IMG/VR virus record: IMGVR_UViG_3300032303_001542 | Location: 1-36,398 of that record | Reading direction: 5' to 3' (one strand) | DNA length: 36,398 nucleotides | Origin: a virus | Taxonomy: Duplodnaviria > Caudoviricetes | Part shown: positions 1-9,683 of the stretch, piece after piece | Layout: each line of letters begins with the position of its first letter | How positions within the stretch are numbered: position 1 is the stretch's first letter | Translations under genes and position numbers: made by a program | The notes under the pieces: model-generated | What the model was told of the DNA's origin: nothing | Seen by the model: the letters and a program-made list of their open reading frames with translations, nothing else | The model's database searches: none

Positions 1-573
1 AACCAAATAGTAAATTGGTTAGATTCTGTTAATCATACAGGTAGTGATAGTAATCACCATCTTACAGAATTATCCAAATCTCTAAATGGTGTATCTTATA
101 TGTTTGATATTTCAAACACACATTTAACAAATTATATTACAAAATTCCAATCAATATCTGATGTATCAAAAGAGGGTTTGCCCTCTTTTATTTTTAACAT
201 AATAGATAGAATATCAGAAGAATTTAATTTTCCAAAAGATAATGTTTTTCTTCAAGCTGTTGATATGAATAGAGGGGGGAAAATAAATCCCCATTATGAC
301 GCATCAGTAGATGGATATGTTAATTACAAATGTAACATTAGTGTATTGTCAGAAGATTATGATTTATTTTTAGATAAAGAATCTATTAAAATACAAGAAA
401 CTGATTTATACGGATTTGAAGCGTCCCTATATAAACATTGGACAAACGAATTTAATTCAAGAAGAGTTTTTTTAAGTTTTGGATTTGTGTTAAAATATGA
501 AGATGTGGGTAGAACCATAAATGACCCAAGAGTTAGATTAAGTAAAAGAATTGAGAAATACTTTCAAAAATAA
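1..573 (+). CDS. 2OG-Fe(II) oxygenase-like protein (5'-partial; frame open from position 1)
   Basis: Frame 1 has no stop from nt 1 through the ATG at 100. HxD...H facial triad (INPHYD ... YKHW) and distal R (RRVFLSFG) are typical of the double-stranded beta-helix 2OG oxygenase fold. Confidence 0.6.
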   Translation, partial: NQIVNWLDSVNHTGSDSNHHLTELSKSLNGVSYMFDISNTHLTNYITKFQSISDVSKEGLPSFIFNIIDRISEEFNFPKDNVFLQAVDMNRGGKINPHYDASVDGYVNYKCNISVLSEDYDLFLDKESIKIQETDLYGFEASLYKHWTNEFNSRRVFLSFGFVLKYEDVGRTINDPRVRLSKRIEKYFQK

Positions 574-595
574 AATATTTATTAAATAAAGAAAA

Positions 596-1555
596 ATGGC
601 AACAAAATACATTGTAAATAACGTACCGGAACAAACTATAAATGGTGATGTAACCATTAATGGAAATTTAAATGTTACGGGGGTTACAGGAAGTATGGCG
701 ACTTACAAAGCGCTATTAACTCAGATAGAGTCATCAACTGGTACCACCCTAAATGATTTTAATGATGGTTTAATTATAGGCGAAACTTACACGATAACTG
801 ATTATGTTAATGGTGACAATTTTAGTAATGTTGCTAATGTAACAAGTGGTGTTATAAACACAACGGGATGTGAATTCATTGCAACAGGAATAACTCCAAC
901 AAATTGGAATAATGGGTCTACTTTAGTATCTAGTGGTAATTTAGCGGTAACAGTATTAGAAAACAATTTGGGTTTTGATATTGAGTGGGTTTTTAACTTT
1001 GGTGGGTATGGTACGGGGGTTTATGTAGGGTATAATTCAATCACAGGGCCACTGTATAATACTTTTAATAGAAACACAACGTTCATTTTAGTCGGAAGTG
1101 CTGTCCCATTTCTTGGTCCATTCGTACAAATAAATTACCTATTTCCCAATAATTATAATGAAAAGGATGATAGTATTATTCTTGTTGCTTTTGATTTAGA
1201 CAATTATGAACCGGTTTACGATAGGTTATATTATTTTCCTGTTGAGATTAAAATTCTACAAGATTTAGATACAACACCAATTACTTTAAGTGGAACTGTA
1301 GAAACATCGTTTCCTATTAATAATACTAGTATTGATTTGCGTTGTAATGGAAATTACATTCAAGCAGTTTATGGAGATGGCACTGTAAATGATATGTCAG
1401 AACTTATAACTTACTTAAACTCTGAACCAGATATGAGTTATTTAGGGGTATACTCTGACAATGGTGATGGAAGTGTTCTTTTAGAAATGCCAACCAATTT
1501 AGTAAATCAATTTTGTTCTAGTGGAACATTAACGTTTGAGGTATTCAACGACTAA
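596..1555 (+). CDS. Hypothetical virion/tail-fibre-like protein
   Basis: 319 aa, T/N/G-rich, N-terminal beta-repeat TINGDVTINGNLNVTG; TATTTAT motif upstream at 576-582. Confidence 0.45.
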   Translation: MATKYIVNNVPEQTINGDVTINGNLNVTGVTGSMATYKALLTQIESSTGTTLNDFNDGLIIGETYTITDYVNGDNFSNVANVTSGVINTTGCEFIATGITPTNWNNGSTLVSSGNLAVTVLENNLGFDIEWVFNFGGYGTGVYVGYNSITGPLYNTFNRNTTFILVGSAVPFLGPFVQINYLFPNNYNEKDDSIILVAFDLDNYEPVYDRLYYFPVEIKILQDLDTTPITLSGTVETSFPINNTSIDLRCNGNYIQAVYGDGTVNDMSELITYLNSEPDMSYLGVYSDNGDGSVLLEMPTNLVNQFCSSGTLTFEVFND

Positions 1556-1574
1556 CTTTATAAAAATTAAAAAA

Positions 1575-1814
1575 ATGATAAAATATATTAAAAGAAAAAG
1601 TGATAATAAGTTTCTACAATCTTTAGAAAATGACACTTGGGTTGATAATACAAAAGACGCTTATGAAATGACATATAAAGAGTTTGTGGACACAAAAACC
1701 ACATTACTTAATACATATACTTCTGAAGAAATTACAGAAGTTATTAATGTGTTTAAGAATAAACCAATGTCAAGAGAAGAAAAAAAAGAGTTGTTAGATT
1801 TATTAAAAAAATAA
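1575..1814 (+). CDS. Hypothetical protein (79 aa, MIKYIKRK...)
   Basis: ATG at 1575 after an A-rich leader is a better start than the 1536 start in the track, which overlaps the upstream gene. Confidence 0.6.
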   Translation: MIKYIKRKSDNKFLQSLENDTWVDNTKDAYEMTYKEFVDTKTTLLNTYTSEEITEVINVFKNKPMSREEKKELLDLLKK

Positions 1815-1821
1815 AATACAT

Positions 1822-1853
1822 TTTGACTTATCTGTTTTAGTTAATTATATTTA
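1822..1853 (+). promoter_or_regulatory. Early/middle promoter upstream of DNA polymerase
   Basis: TTGACT(1823-1828)-N17-TATATT(1846-1851); also reads as Bacteroidota-type TTTG(1822-1825)-N20-TATATTTA. The same TTTGACTTAT box precedes ssb. Confidence 0.6.
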
Positions 1854-1861
1854 TAAGTAAT

Positions 1862-1906
1862 GAGTAAGGTGAACTTCACAATGTTGTGAAAGCAAATAAA
1901 CCACTC
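1862..1906 (+). promoter_or_regulatory. Structured leader / operator palindrome upstream of DNA polymerase
   Basis: Perfect inverted repeat TTCACAA-TG-TTGTGAA (1875-1890) nested in outer pairings GAGT/ACTC and GGT/ACC. Confidence 0.45.
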
Positions 1907-1917
1907 CTAATTTATAT

Positions 1918-4686
1918 ATGATAGACAGTCAAGAAATTGAATCCTTCTTACACGGAGGAGACCCAGAAGAATTTATTGTTGCACTCGAATATGACTACGC
2001 CTCAGAGTGCATTTACAAAATCAAAGAAATCCCCGGTAAAGGTAAAGAGATTAGAAAAGACACGTTCATCCCATTTGCATGGGTTGGTGATTTACGTGGT
2101 ATGAAGTTCTATAATGATTCCAAGGCATTACAAAAAGAGGCGATGTCTAAATACGGAATCACTATAGATAAATTAGAAACGGGTGATAATGAAAGAATGA
2201 AAAATGGTTTAACTTATATGGTTAAATCACTTAAAGGTTATAGAGCATTATCCCAATTTTTCCGTGATGGCGGAATAGACCCGTGGAGTGAAAAAGGAAA
2301 AGAAAAAATATTAACTCTCCCCCCGATTGAGCAGTACCTCGTACAAAAAGAAAAAAGATTATTCAAAGGTTTTGAAAACTATGATGAAGTTACACGACTT
2401 GTATTTGACTTGGAGACAACGTCACTTGAACCCAAAGATGGTAGAATCTTTATGATTGGAATTAAAACCAATAAAGGTTACCACAGAGTTATTGAGTGTA
2501 TTGATGAGTCACAAGAAAGAGGTGCTATTATAGAATTTTTTAAAGTTATAGATGAATTAAAACCAAGTATAATTGGTGGTTACAACTCCGCGAACTTTGA
2601 CTGGCATTGGATATTTGAAAGATGTAAAATCTTGGGACTTGACGCCAAAAAGATTTGTAAGTCTCTTAATCCTGGAAATTCTTTCACAAGAAAAGAAAGT
2701 ATGTTAAAACTTGCAAATGAGGTTGAGGAGTATACTCAAACGTCAATTTGGGGTTATAACGTTATTGATATCATTCATGCTGTTCGTAGAGCACAGGCAA
2801 TCAATTCAAGTATTAAATCCGCAGGTCTTAAATACATTACCAAATTTATTAAGGCAGAAGCTGCAGACCGAGTTTACATCGAACACACAGATATTGGGAA
2901 GATGTACACCCAAAAGGAAGAATATTGGTTAAACGTGCAAAACGGTAACTACAAAAAAGCTTCCGAGTATCAAGATTTAGATGTTAAATTCCCTGGTGTA
3001 TATAAAAAAATAACAGGTGATAAGATTGTTGAGATGTATCTTGATGATGATTTGGACGAAACATTAAAGGTAGACCAAGAGTACAATCAATCATCTTTCC
3101 TACTTGCGTCTATGATTCCAACAACGTATGAACGAGTCTCAACTATGGGAACTGCATCAATTTGGCGTATGTTGATGTTGGCGTGGAGTTATAAACACAA
3201 ATTATCAATACCTTCAAAACAACAAAAAAGAGAGTTTGTTGGTGGATTATCAAGATTACTAAAGGTTGGATATTCAAAAGATATTTTAAAATTGGACTTT
3301 TCGTCCCTTTATCCATCAATTCAATTATCTCACGATATTTTTCCTGAGTGTGATATTATGGGGGTAATGAAGGGGATGTTGTCTTATTTTAGAGAAACAC
3401 GTATAAAATATAAAAATTTATCGGGTAAATATAAAAATACAGATAAGAAATTATCACAAAAATATGATACTTTACAATTACCTATTAAAATTTTTATAAA
3501 CGGATTTTTCGGTAGTCTAAGCGCTCCTCACGTTTTTAATTGGGGTGATGTTGATTGTGGTGAACAAATTACGTGTACAGGAAGACAATATCTCCGTCAA
3601 ATGGTAAAATTCTTTATGAAGAAAGGGTACACCCCTATGGTATTGGACACTGATGGTTGTAATTTTAGTTTACCAATAGATGGTGTTGATAATAGAATTT
3701 ATATTGGTAAAGGTAATAACTGGTTAGTGGAAAAGGGTAAAGAGTATAGTGGTTATGATGCAGATGTCGCAGAATTTAACGACATTTTTATGAAAAATGA
3801 AATGGGTTTAGATTGTGATGGAACTTGGGCAAGTTGTATAAATTTGGCAAGAAAAAATTATGCAACATTGGAACACAACGGCAAAGTTAAACTCACAGGC
3901 AATTCAATTAAAAGTAAAAAACTTCCACTTTATATTGAGGACTTTTTGGATGTTGCAGTGAAACTCCTTCTTGAAGGTAAAGGAAAAGAGTTTGTTGAAT
4001 ATTATTATGAATACTTACAAAAAATTTATGATAAACAAATTCCTCTTATGAAAATTGCTCAAAGAGCAAAGGTTAAACTTACTGTGGAAGATTATAAAAA
4101 ACGTTCAACACAGAAAACTAAGTCCGGAGGTTCAATGTCGGCAATGGCTCATATTGAACTTGCAATACGACAAAATATGAACATTAATCTTGGAGATGTA
4201 ATATACTACGTTAATAATGGAACAAAGTCATCTCAAGGAGATATACAAAAAATTACAAAACCAACAAAAAAAATGCAAGAAGAGTATATGTTTACTCACG
4301 GAAAACCTATACCTGAAGGATATATACAAATTAATTGTTATATGTTAGAACAAAGTGAAATTGAGTCAAACCCAAATATGACAGGTGAATATAACGTTCC
4401 AAGAGCAATCACCACATTTAATAAAAGGATTGAGCCTTTGTTAGTCGTATTCAAACAAGAGATAAGAGATAATTTACTTGTTGATGAACCAAAAGACAGG
4501 GGAATATTTACAACAGAACAATGTGAACTTATAAGTGGTGTTCCTTTTGAAGAACGTGACCAAGATAGACTACAAGAGGATTTATTAGATATGTCAGTAG
4601 AGGAAACTATTTTTTGGGAAAAAAAGAATATTGACCCAAATTACATTTATGAATTGGCTGAAGAGGGGTGGGAAGAAAAATTTTAA
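1918..4686 (+). CDS. polB: Family B DNA polymerase with 3'-5' exonuclease
   Basis: Exo I VFDLETT, Exo II YNSANFD, Exo III YLDDD; motif A LDFSSLYPS, motif B KIFINGFFG, motif C LDTDG; RKNYA. Confidence 0.95.
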   Translation: MIDSQEIESFLHGGDPEEFIVALEYDYASECIYKIKEIPGKGKEIRKDTFIPFAWVGDLRGMKFYNDSKALQKEAMSKYGITIDKLETGDNERMKNGLTYMVKSLKGYRALSQFFRDGGIDPWSEKGKEKILTLPPIEQYLVQKEKRLFKGFENYDEVTRLVFDLETTSLEPKDGRIFMIGIKTNKGYHRVIECIDESQERGAIIEFFKVIDELKPSIIGGYNSANFDWHWIFERCKILGLDAKKICKSLNPGNSFTRKESMLKLANEVEEYTQTSIWGYNVIDIIHAVRRAQAINSSIKSAGLKYITKFIKAEAADRVYIEHTDIGKMYTQKEEYWLNVQNGNYKKASEYQDLDVKFPGVYKKITGDKIVEMYLDDDLDETLKVDQEYNQSSFLLASMIPTTYERVSTMGTASIWRMLMLAWSYKHKLSIPSKQQKREFVGGLSRLLKVGYSKDILKLDFSSLYPSIQLSHDIFPECDIMGVMKGMLSYFRETRIKYKNLSGKYKNTDKKLSQKYDTLQLPIKIFINGFFGSLSAPHVFNWGDVDCGEQITCTGRQYLRQMVKFFMKKGYTPMVLDTDGCNFSLPIDGVDNRIYIGKGNNWLVEKGKEYSGYDADVAEFNDIFMKNEMGLDCDGTWASCINLARKNYATLEHNGKVKLTGNSIKSKKLPLYIEDFLDVAVKLLLEGKGKEFVEYYYEYLQKIYDKQIPLMKIAQRAKVKLTVEDYKKRSTQKTKSGGSMSAMAHIELAIRQNMNINLGDVIYYVNNGTKSSQGDIQKITKPTKKMQEEYMFTHGKPIPEGYIQINCYMLEQSEIESNPNMTGEYNVPRAITTFNKRIEPLLVVFKQEIRDNLLVDEPKDRGIFTTEQCELISGVPFEERDQDRLQEDLLDMSVEETIFWEKKNIDPNYIYELAEEGWEEKF

Positions 4687-4727
4687 AAAAAATACTACTT
4701 TTATTAAAAATCAAGATATTTATTATT

Positions 4728-4883
4728 ATGGGAAGACCTAAAAAAAAGAAGGAAGAAAAAAAAATTAAAGTTAGTATCAGCCTTAATAGGGAATTATACT
4801 TTAAAATAAAAGAAGAAAAAATAATGCCTTCCCGTATAATAGAAAAATTAATTAGAGATTATTATGGAAACAAAAATTTGTAA
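4728..4883 (+). CDS. Small ribbon-helix-helix-like DNA-binding protein (51 aa)
   Basis: MGRPKKKKEEKKIKVSISLNRELYFKI...PSRIIEKLIRDYY: basic arm, alternating beta strand, two helices. ATG at 4728 lies 4 nt after TATTTAT. Confidence 0.55.
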   Translation: MGRPKKKKEEKKIKVSISLNRELYFKIKEEKIMPSRIIEKLIRDYYGNKNL

Positions 4884-5463
4884 TAAATGTAAAGAAGAAA
4901 AGGAAGTTTGTGAGTTTTATAAAAACTTATATTCTAAAGATAAATTAAGAAGTAATTGTAAAGTTTGTCAAAATAAAAATTCAACAAATTGGAGATTAAA
5001 TAATAAAGAAAAATACAAATATATACAAAAAAAATTCATTGAGAATAATCCGGGAATATCTTATGAATATTCAAAAAAGTGGAATAATAAAAATAAAAAT
5101 AGAGTTAGAAACTATCAATCGGAATATTATAAAAATAGATACAATCAAGATATTTTATTTAAATTAAAAACGAATTATAGAAATAGATTAAAAGATATTT
5201 TTAGAGATTATGGATATGTTAAAAACAATAGGTCAATAGATTATTTAGGTTGTGATATTAAATTCTTAAAAGAATATTTAGAAAGTAAATTTACTGATGG
5301 GATGACTTGGGATAATAAAGGTTTTTATGGTTGGCATATAGACCATATAATTCCAATATCATCCGCAAAAAATGAAGAAGAAATTTATAAATTATGTCAT
5401 TACACAAATCTACAACCTTTATGGTCTAAAGATAATATGTCTAAAGGTTCTAAATTACTTTAG
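4864..5463 (+). CDS. Free-standing HNH homing endonuclease with N-terminal Zn-finger
   Basis: CNKC...CKVC N-terminus; WHIDHIIP...HYTNLQPLW..DN..K HNH motif. Confidence 0.85.
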   Translation: METKICNKCKEEKEVCEFYKNLYSKDKLRSNCKVCQNKNSTNWRLNNKEKYKYIQKKFIENNPGISYEYSKKWNNKNKNRVRNYQSEYYKNRYNQDILFKLKTNYRNRLKDIFRDYGYVKNNRSIDYLGCDIKFLKEYLESKFTDGMTWDNKGFYGWHIDHIIPISSAKNEEEIYKLCHYTNLQPLWSKDNMSKGSKLL

Positions 5464-5795
5464 GAAATTTTCAATCCATCGGACGAAAGCACATACCAGT
5501 TTCCTTCACAGAATCTAAACTCAATACAAGCACCTTTATCGGCAACAATCTCGTCGTATTCTTCGTCAATTTTGCCGATATTGGGTTTGATTGTTACGTG
5601 AGTTAAACATTTAATAACAGTATGTTCTGTGGTTTTAGAATCCAAAATAATTTTTGATTGTGGAACTCCCTTAACAATAATACATTCTTCTCCTGTTGTT
5701 GAGTAATCAAATTCAGAAATAATTGATGTTTCAGAAACATTTACAATATAACCATTAATTCTTTTCTGTATTGGTAGTGATTTTATAATTGCCAT
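5460..5795 (-). CDS. Hypothetical protein, probably structural (beta-rich)
   Basis: 111 aa ORF directly downstream of the neck gene on the same strand; ends GNWYVLSSDG. Confidence 0.55.
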   Translation of the reverse strand: MAIIKSLPIQKRINGYIVNVSETSIISEFDYSTTGEECIIVKGVPQSKIILDSKTTEHTVIKCLTHVTIKPNIGKIDEEYDEIVADKGACIEFRFCEGNWYVLSSDGLKIS

Positions 5796-5801
5796 ATTAA
5801 A

Positions 5802-6929
5802 TTATATTACATAAATCTGTCTTTGGAAAGCGTTAAATTTCAATTGCTTATTAAGATTCTCAGCAATCAATGCCTCTTTTTCCATTTGTTTTTCAGGTCT
5901 TAATCTTGTAAGGAGTCCTTCTGCACCTGTTAATTCTTCAATTAATTTTGATTTTTCGTCTTTACCTTCTGTTGCCAAACTCTGATAATCCATCGTTAAT
6001 TCAGAATCAGGTGTCTTTAAGTTACCACTATATTTACCTCTAACTCTACCTAAAGTTTCTTTAGCATATGCGAAGAACCATCTTCTAACCCACTGTTTTG
6101 CAGGTTCATTTAAATCTTCCCAACTCATTTCATCCAACGGAACATCTGATGGTAGTCTTATAATATCAGGATTCATCTTAAGACACTTATTTCTATCAGG
6201 ACCCTCAACCTCATAATACCAATACCAAACTTTTGTTCCAACATATGAACTATAAGAATTCCAATTAAATCTACCACCAGGTGTATTCATAAGATGGATA
6301 AGTTTTTTTCCATCAGGTAGTGCGGTGATTCTATAGGTTAAACTACCACCAAGAATTCTATTAAGAATATTTGCTTCTTGAGCTCTAACCAAATAATCAA
6401 AACCCGACATCATAAAGAATGAACCCTGTCCACCAAACTGTGCGAATCCTGATTGGTTGGCACCAAGACCAACACCATCATATCCATACCCCATCATACC
6501 GAAAGGACCAAATAAAGACGATGAGTTGTTTGAGTACCAAAGAAGTTCGTTCACTTCTCTACCTGCAGGAATTTCATATGTTTGTTGGTTTTTAACCAAG
6601 TCAAAATAATCTAACTTAAGTTCCCAAGGACCAACAGCCTGAAGACCAACTATTTTTGAATATGAATATTGAAATTGTTTTTCAAAGTCGTGAGTTCTTG
6701 TTGAGAGTGCTCTCGCAACAGATTTTTGACTCATATCTAGATTAACTAAATTAACCCAGTTGGTATCAATTAACCAATTCTGAATATACTGTTCATAATC
6801 TTGAATGGATAATTCCATCAAGGAATCTAACATTTCATCTGTTAGTTCAATACTTCTGATTGGCGCACCTAAAGAGTGTTTCAATCTTGTATAAATTTTT
6901 GACCTATCTGGTTCTTGGATTACTGACAT
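5802..6929 (-). CDS. Neck / head-completion protein (T4 gp13-like)
   Basis: N-terminal LGAPIRSIELTDEMLD..MELSIQDY and C-terminal AYAKETLGRVRGKY...DYQSL...GK.E...L.EEL match the gp13-type adaptor pattern. Confidence 0.75.
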   Translation of the reverse strand: MSVIQEPDRSKIYTRLKHSLGAPIRSIELTDEMLDSLMELSIQDYEQYIQNWLIDTNWVNLVNLDMSQKSVARALSTRTHDFEKQFQYSYSKIVGLQAVGPWELKLDYFDLVKNQQTYEIPAGREVNELLWYSNNSSSLFGPFGMMGYGYDGVGLGANQSGFAQFGGQGSFFMMSGFDYLVRAQEANILNRILGGSLTYRITALPDGKKLIHLMNTPGGRFNWNSYSSYVGTKVWYWYYEVEGPDRNKCLKMNPDIIRLPSDVPLDEMSWEDLNEPAKQWVRRWFFAYAKETLGRVRGKYSGNLKTPDSELTMDYQSLATEGKDEKSKLIEELTGAEGLLTRLRPEKQMEKEALIAENLNKQLKFNAFQRQIYVI

Positions 6930-6953
6930 ACTAATAAATATTTACAAAAAGAA

Positions 6954-8705
6954 TTAATTTCTTAAATCATTAATTTTTTGTAATATTTCTTCTGCAGTAT
7001 CTGCGGAGTTTTGGTTATCACCCATTACAGTAGCAATAACTTGTTTCTTTGCGTTTATAATATCATATATCACACCTTCTACTGTGTTCTCAAAAATGGG
7101 ATAATAAACTAATACGTTACTTTTTTGTCCATACCTATATGCCCTGTCCTCCGCCTGCGCGTGGTCGGAAGGTAAAAAAGATAAATCATTCATAATAACC
7201 GCTTCTGCCGCTGTTAATGTAATACCCACAGATGCCGACTTTAAATTCCCAACAAAAACTTTTATTTTTGGATTGGTTTGGAATTCATCAACAGAATACT
7301 GTCTTTGTTCTTTGGAACAAGAGCCATCAATTTTAACTGCAGATTTACCAAAATGTTCAACAATTCTGTTTAATGAATCAGTAAAATTACAAAATATTAT
7401 AACTTTCTTGTCTTGTTCTAAAATATTTTCTGCAATCTCAATTGTTTGAGTTATTTTTTCATTCGCAATAACTTGTCTTACTTTTGTAAGTTTTGAAAAT
7501 TGAACAGTAAGTGATTTTGATTCCTCGGGATTTTTATCATACCAATCATAATACTCCCCCATAATTTCTTCATATTCTCTTGATTTTAACCTTAAATATA
7601 CCGGAGTGATAATCTTATCAGGTAAGTCCAAAACGTCCTCCTTGAGTCTCCTAAGTATCGTACCTGACGTTCTATCCCTTAACTCCTCAAGATTTGTTGC
7701 ACCCATAACATTCCAAACTTTTCTTGGTCCCGCTTGAAATTGAAACCCATTGCAATATCTTATAACATAAGCCATCCAATTTTTGGCAACAGGAGAATCA
7801 ACCAAACTTAATAAGTTATAATAATCAATCGGGCGAGAGGTCATAGGAGTTCCTGTAAGTAACCATAACCTATCAATATCTTTCACAATATCATTTATAA
7901 GTTTTGTTCTTTTAGCTTGAGCGTTTTTGATGTAATGAGCCTCATCAACAATCACTAAATCAAAATTCGCATTCAACATATCAGAGTTCTTTTTATCTTT
8001 TGTACTGTGAAAGTTTTTGATGATGTCGTAGTTAATAATTACAAAGTCGTGTTCTGTTGAGAAACTTTTGCTTTCGGCAATAAAAATACTTCTGTCTGTG
8101 TAGTTCTCAATTTCTCTTTTCCAATTTATTTTAAGAGTTGCGGGACAAACAATTAAAATCTTTTTTGCACCCGTTTCAAGAGCAGCAATAATTGTTGATG
8201 TTGTCTTACCCAAACCCATATCATCGGCAAGAATAAACTTTTTATTCTCAACTAATTTTTGAATTGCTTCTTTTTGATGTGTAAGTGGTGGGCGGTGAGA
8301 GTATTTTTCATAATCAATAACGACATCTTTAACGGTGTTGTCTTTTATGATTGACGCTTTTGGTAACCAAAATTCGTGTAGTTCTTCTCTTTCAAACATC
8401 TTACCCCAAATGTGATATGCCTTTTCTTTTTCCGCCAATATCTTTTCAACATAAACTTTTTCAGGTGTGACGGGATATAATTTATCATCTGCAAATTTCT
8501 GTGCAAAATAAGCATCAAGAACCGCCCACTTTCTTGCAACCTTTGGTTGTTTGTTGTGGTTGTTAATGATGTACTCTGCTTGACTTCTTGTGGGGTAAAA
8601 CTTTTTATTTATCTGTGACTTTCTTTTTAATTCTAAAATATAGTTGTTACCACCTTCATAAGTTTCAAGAATAGTTATTGCTTTTGACTCTAAACTAATA
8701 TCCAT
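6954..8705 (-). CDS. SNF2-family (SMARCAL1/HARP-like) helicase
   Basis: ILADDMGLGKT (Walker A), VDEAH, LTGTP, LRRLK, VGITLT, QAEDRAYRYGQ. Confidence 0.9.
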   Translation of the reverse strand: MDISLESKAITILETYEGGNNYILELKRKSQINKKFYPTRSQAEYIINNHNKQPKVARKWAVLDAYFAQKFADDKLYPVTPEKVYVEKILAEKEKAYHIWGKMFEREELHEFWLPKASIIKDNTVKDVVIDYEKYSHRPPLTHQKEAIQKLVENKKFILADDMGLGKTTSTIIAALETGAKKILIVCPATLKINWKREIENYTDRSIFIAESKSFSTEHDFVIINYDIIKNFHSTKDKKNSDMLNANFDLVIVDEAHYIKNAQAKRTKLINDIVKDIDRLWLLTGTPMTSRPIDYYNLLSLVDSPVAKNWMAYVIRYCNGFQFQAGPRKVWNVMGATNLEELRDRTSGTILRRLKEDVLDLPDKIITPVYLRLKSREYEEIMGEYYDWYDKNPEESKSLTVQFSKLTKVRQVIANEKITQTIEIAENILEQDKKVIIFCNFTDSLNRIVEHFGKSAVKIDGSCSKEQRQYSVDEFQTNPKIKVFVGNLKSASVGITLTAAEAVIMNDLSFLPSDHAQAEDRAYRYGQKSNVLVYYPIFENTVEGVIYDIINAKKQVIATVMGDNQNSADTAEEILQKINDLRN

Positions 8706-8751
8706 TTTTATATGATATATAATTATAATAAAAATTTAAGTATTTATCAAT

Positions 8752-9264
8752 ATGGAAAAATTAGTACCAATAACAAGATTAGGTAAGTTCTTTGGAGCCG
8801 AGGATTTTGATTTGGATGTTGAGATGGGAAGGGAGTGGCTTGAAGGAGATATGAACTTTACAGTAATTCTTTATAGGGTGGATAGATATAAAACAAAAAC
8901 AGATGATGTCTATGGTGAGGTTGTTGAGGATGGTGCCAAGTTTTTACCTCCAATAGAATTAAAGGGTTTGGTAAAAATTGTTGCACCTACAAATACAAAA
9001 TTAGGCAGTTCAAAATTAAGACAAGAAGAACCAGGAAATATTACATTTTCAATTTACCAAAAATATTTGGATGAGTTAAATGTTGATATTTTATTTGGTG
9101 ATTATTTGGGATATTATGAGACTGAAAGTAAAGTAAGGTATTATAGTGTGGCTGATGATGGTAGAGTTGTTTCAGATAATAAACACACATATGCGGGTGT
9201 TAAACCTTTTTATAGGACAATTTTGGCAACACCTACAAGTAGAAACGAATTTAAAGGAATATGA
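8752..9264 (+). CDS. Probable head-closure / neck protein (T4 gp14-like)
   Basis: 170 aa with DDVYGE and GDYLGY patterns; lies between the gp13-like and tail-terminator-like genes. Confidence 0.5.
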   Translation: MEKLVPITRLGKFFGAEDFDLDVEMGREWLEGDMNFTVILYRVDRYKTKTDDVYGEVVEDGAKFLPPIELKGLVKIVAPTNTKLGSSKLRQEEPGNITFSIYQKYLDELNVDILFGDYLGYYETESKVRYYSVADDGRVVSDNKHTYAGVKPFYRTILATPTSRNEFKGI

Positions 9265-9683
9265 AGATAATAATTACAGAAACTCAAAGAAGAATGTTGG
9301 CAGATTCTCTAATCGGTCAAAAGGTTAAAGTTTATTATAACCTACATAAACATACTTTTTCAGTTCAAAAGAACAATTTGGTTGTTTTACACGCAGATTA
9401 TGTAAAGTTAGAAGACGTTGAATTTAGAGTTAGACAAGGGGGTATGGAGAAAGTTAGACAAGAAAAATCAAAGAATGTTCATGCATTTGTTATTGGTTAC
9501 TTGGTTGATTTTTGTGAATATCCTTGTGATGATATTCCTGAAGAACCAACGGGTGATGTTGTAACTTATAACCCGTACAAGTATGATAGTTTTGTTTATA
9601 AAGAAACTGAAGAACCTGTATTTAACGCTAAAGAAGTTGATTTAATTAATTCAAAAAATAAACTATTTGTTATAGAACAATAA
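9261..9683 (+). CDS. Hypothetical phage protein with MKIIITETQ N-terminal leader
   Basis: ATGA overlap with the upstream gene; domain core KVYYNLHK...KNVHAFVIG...VTYNPYKY. Confidence 0.6.
   Translation: MKIIITETQRRMLADSLIGQKVKVYYNLHKHTFSVQKNNLVVLHADYVKLEDVEFRVRQGGMEKVRQEKSKNVHAFVIGYLVDFCEYPCDDIPEEPTGDVVTYNPYKYDSFVYKETEEPVFNAKEVDLINSKNKLFVIEQ

Noticed and set aside
1918-4686. Intein or intron in the DNA polymerase
   Set aside because: The ORF is continuous, motif spacing is normal, and no intein splice motifs (C...HN-C/S/T) were recognised.
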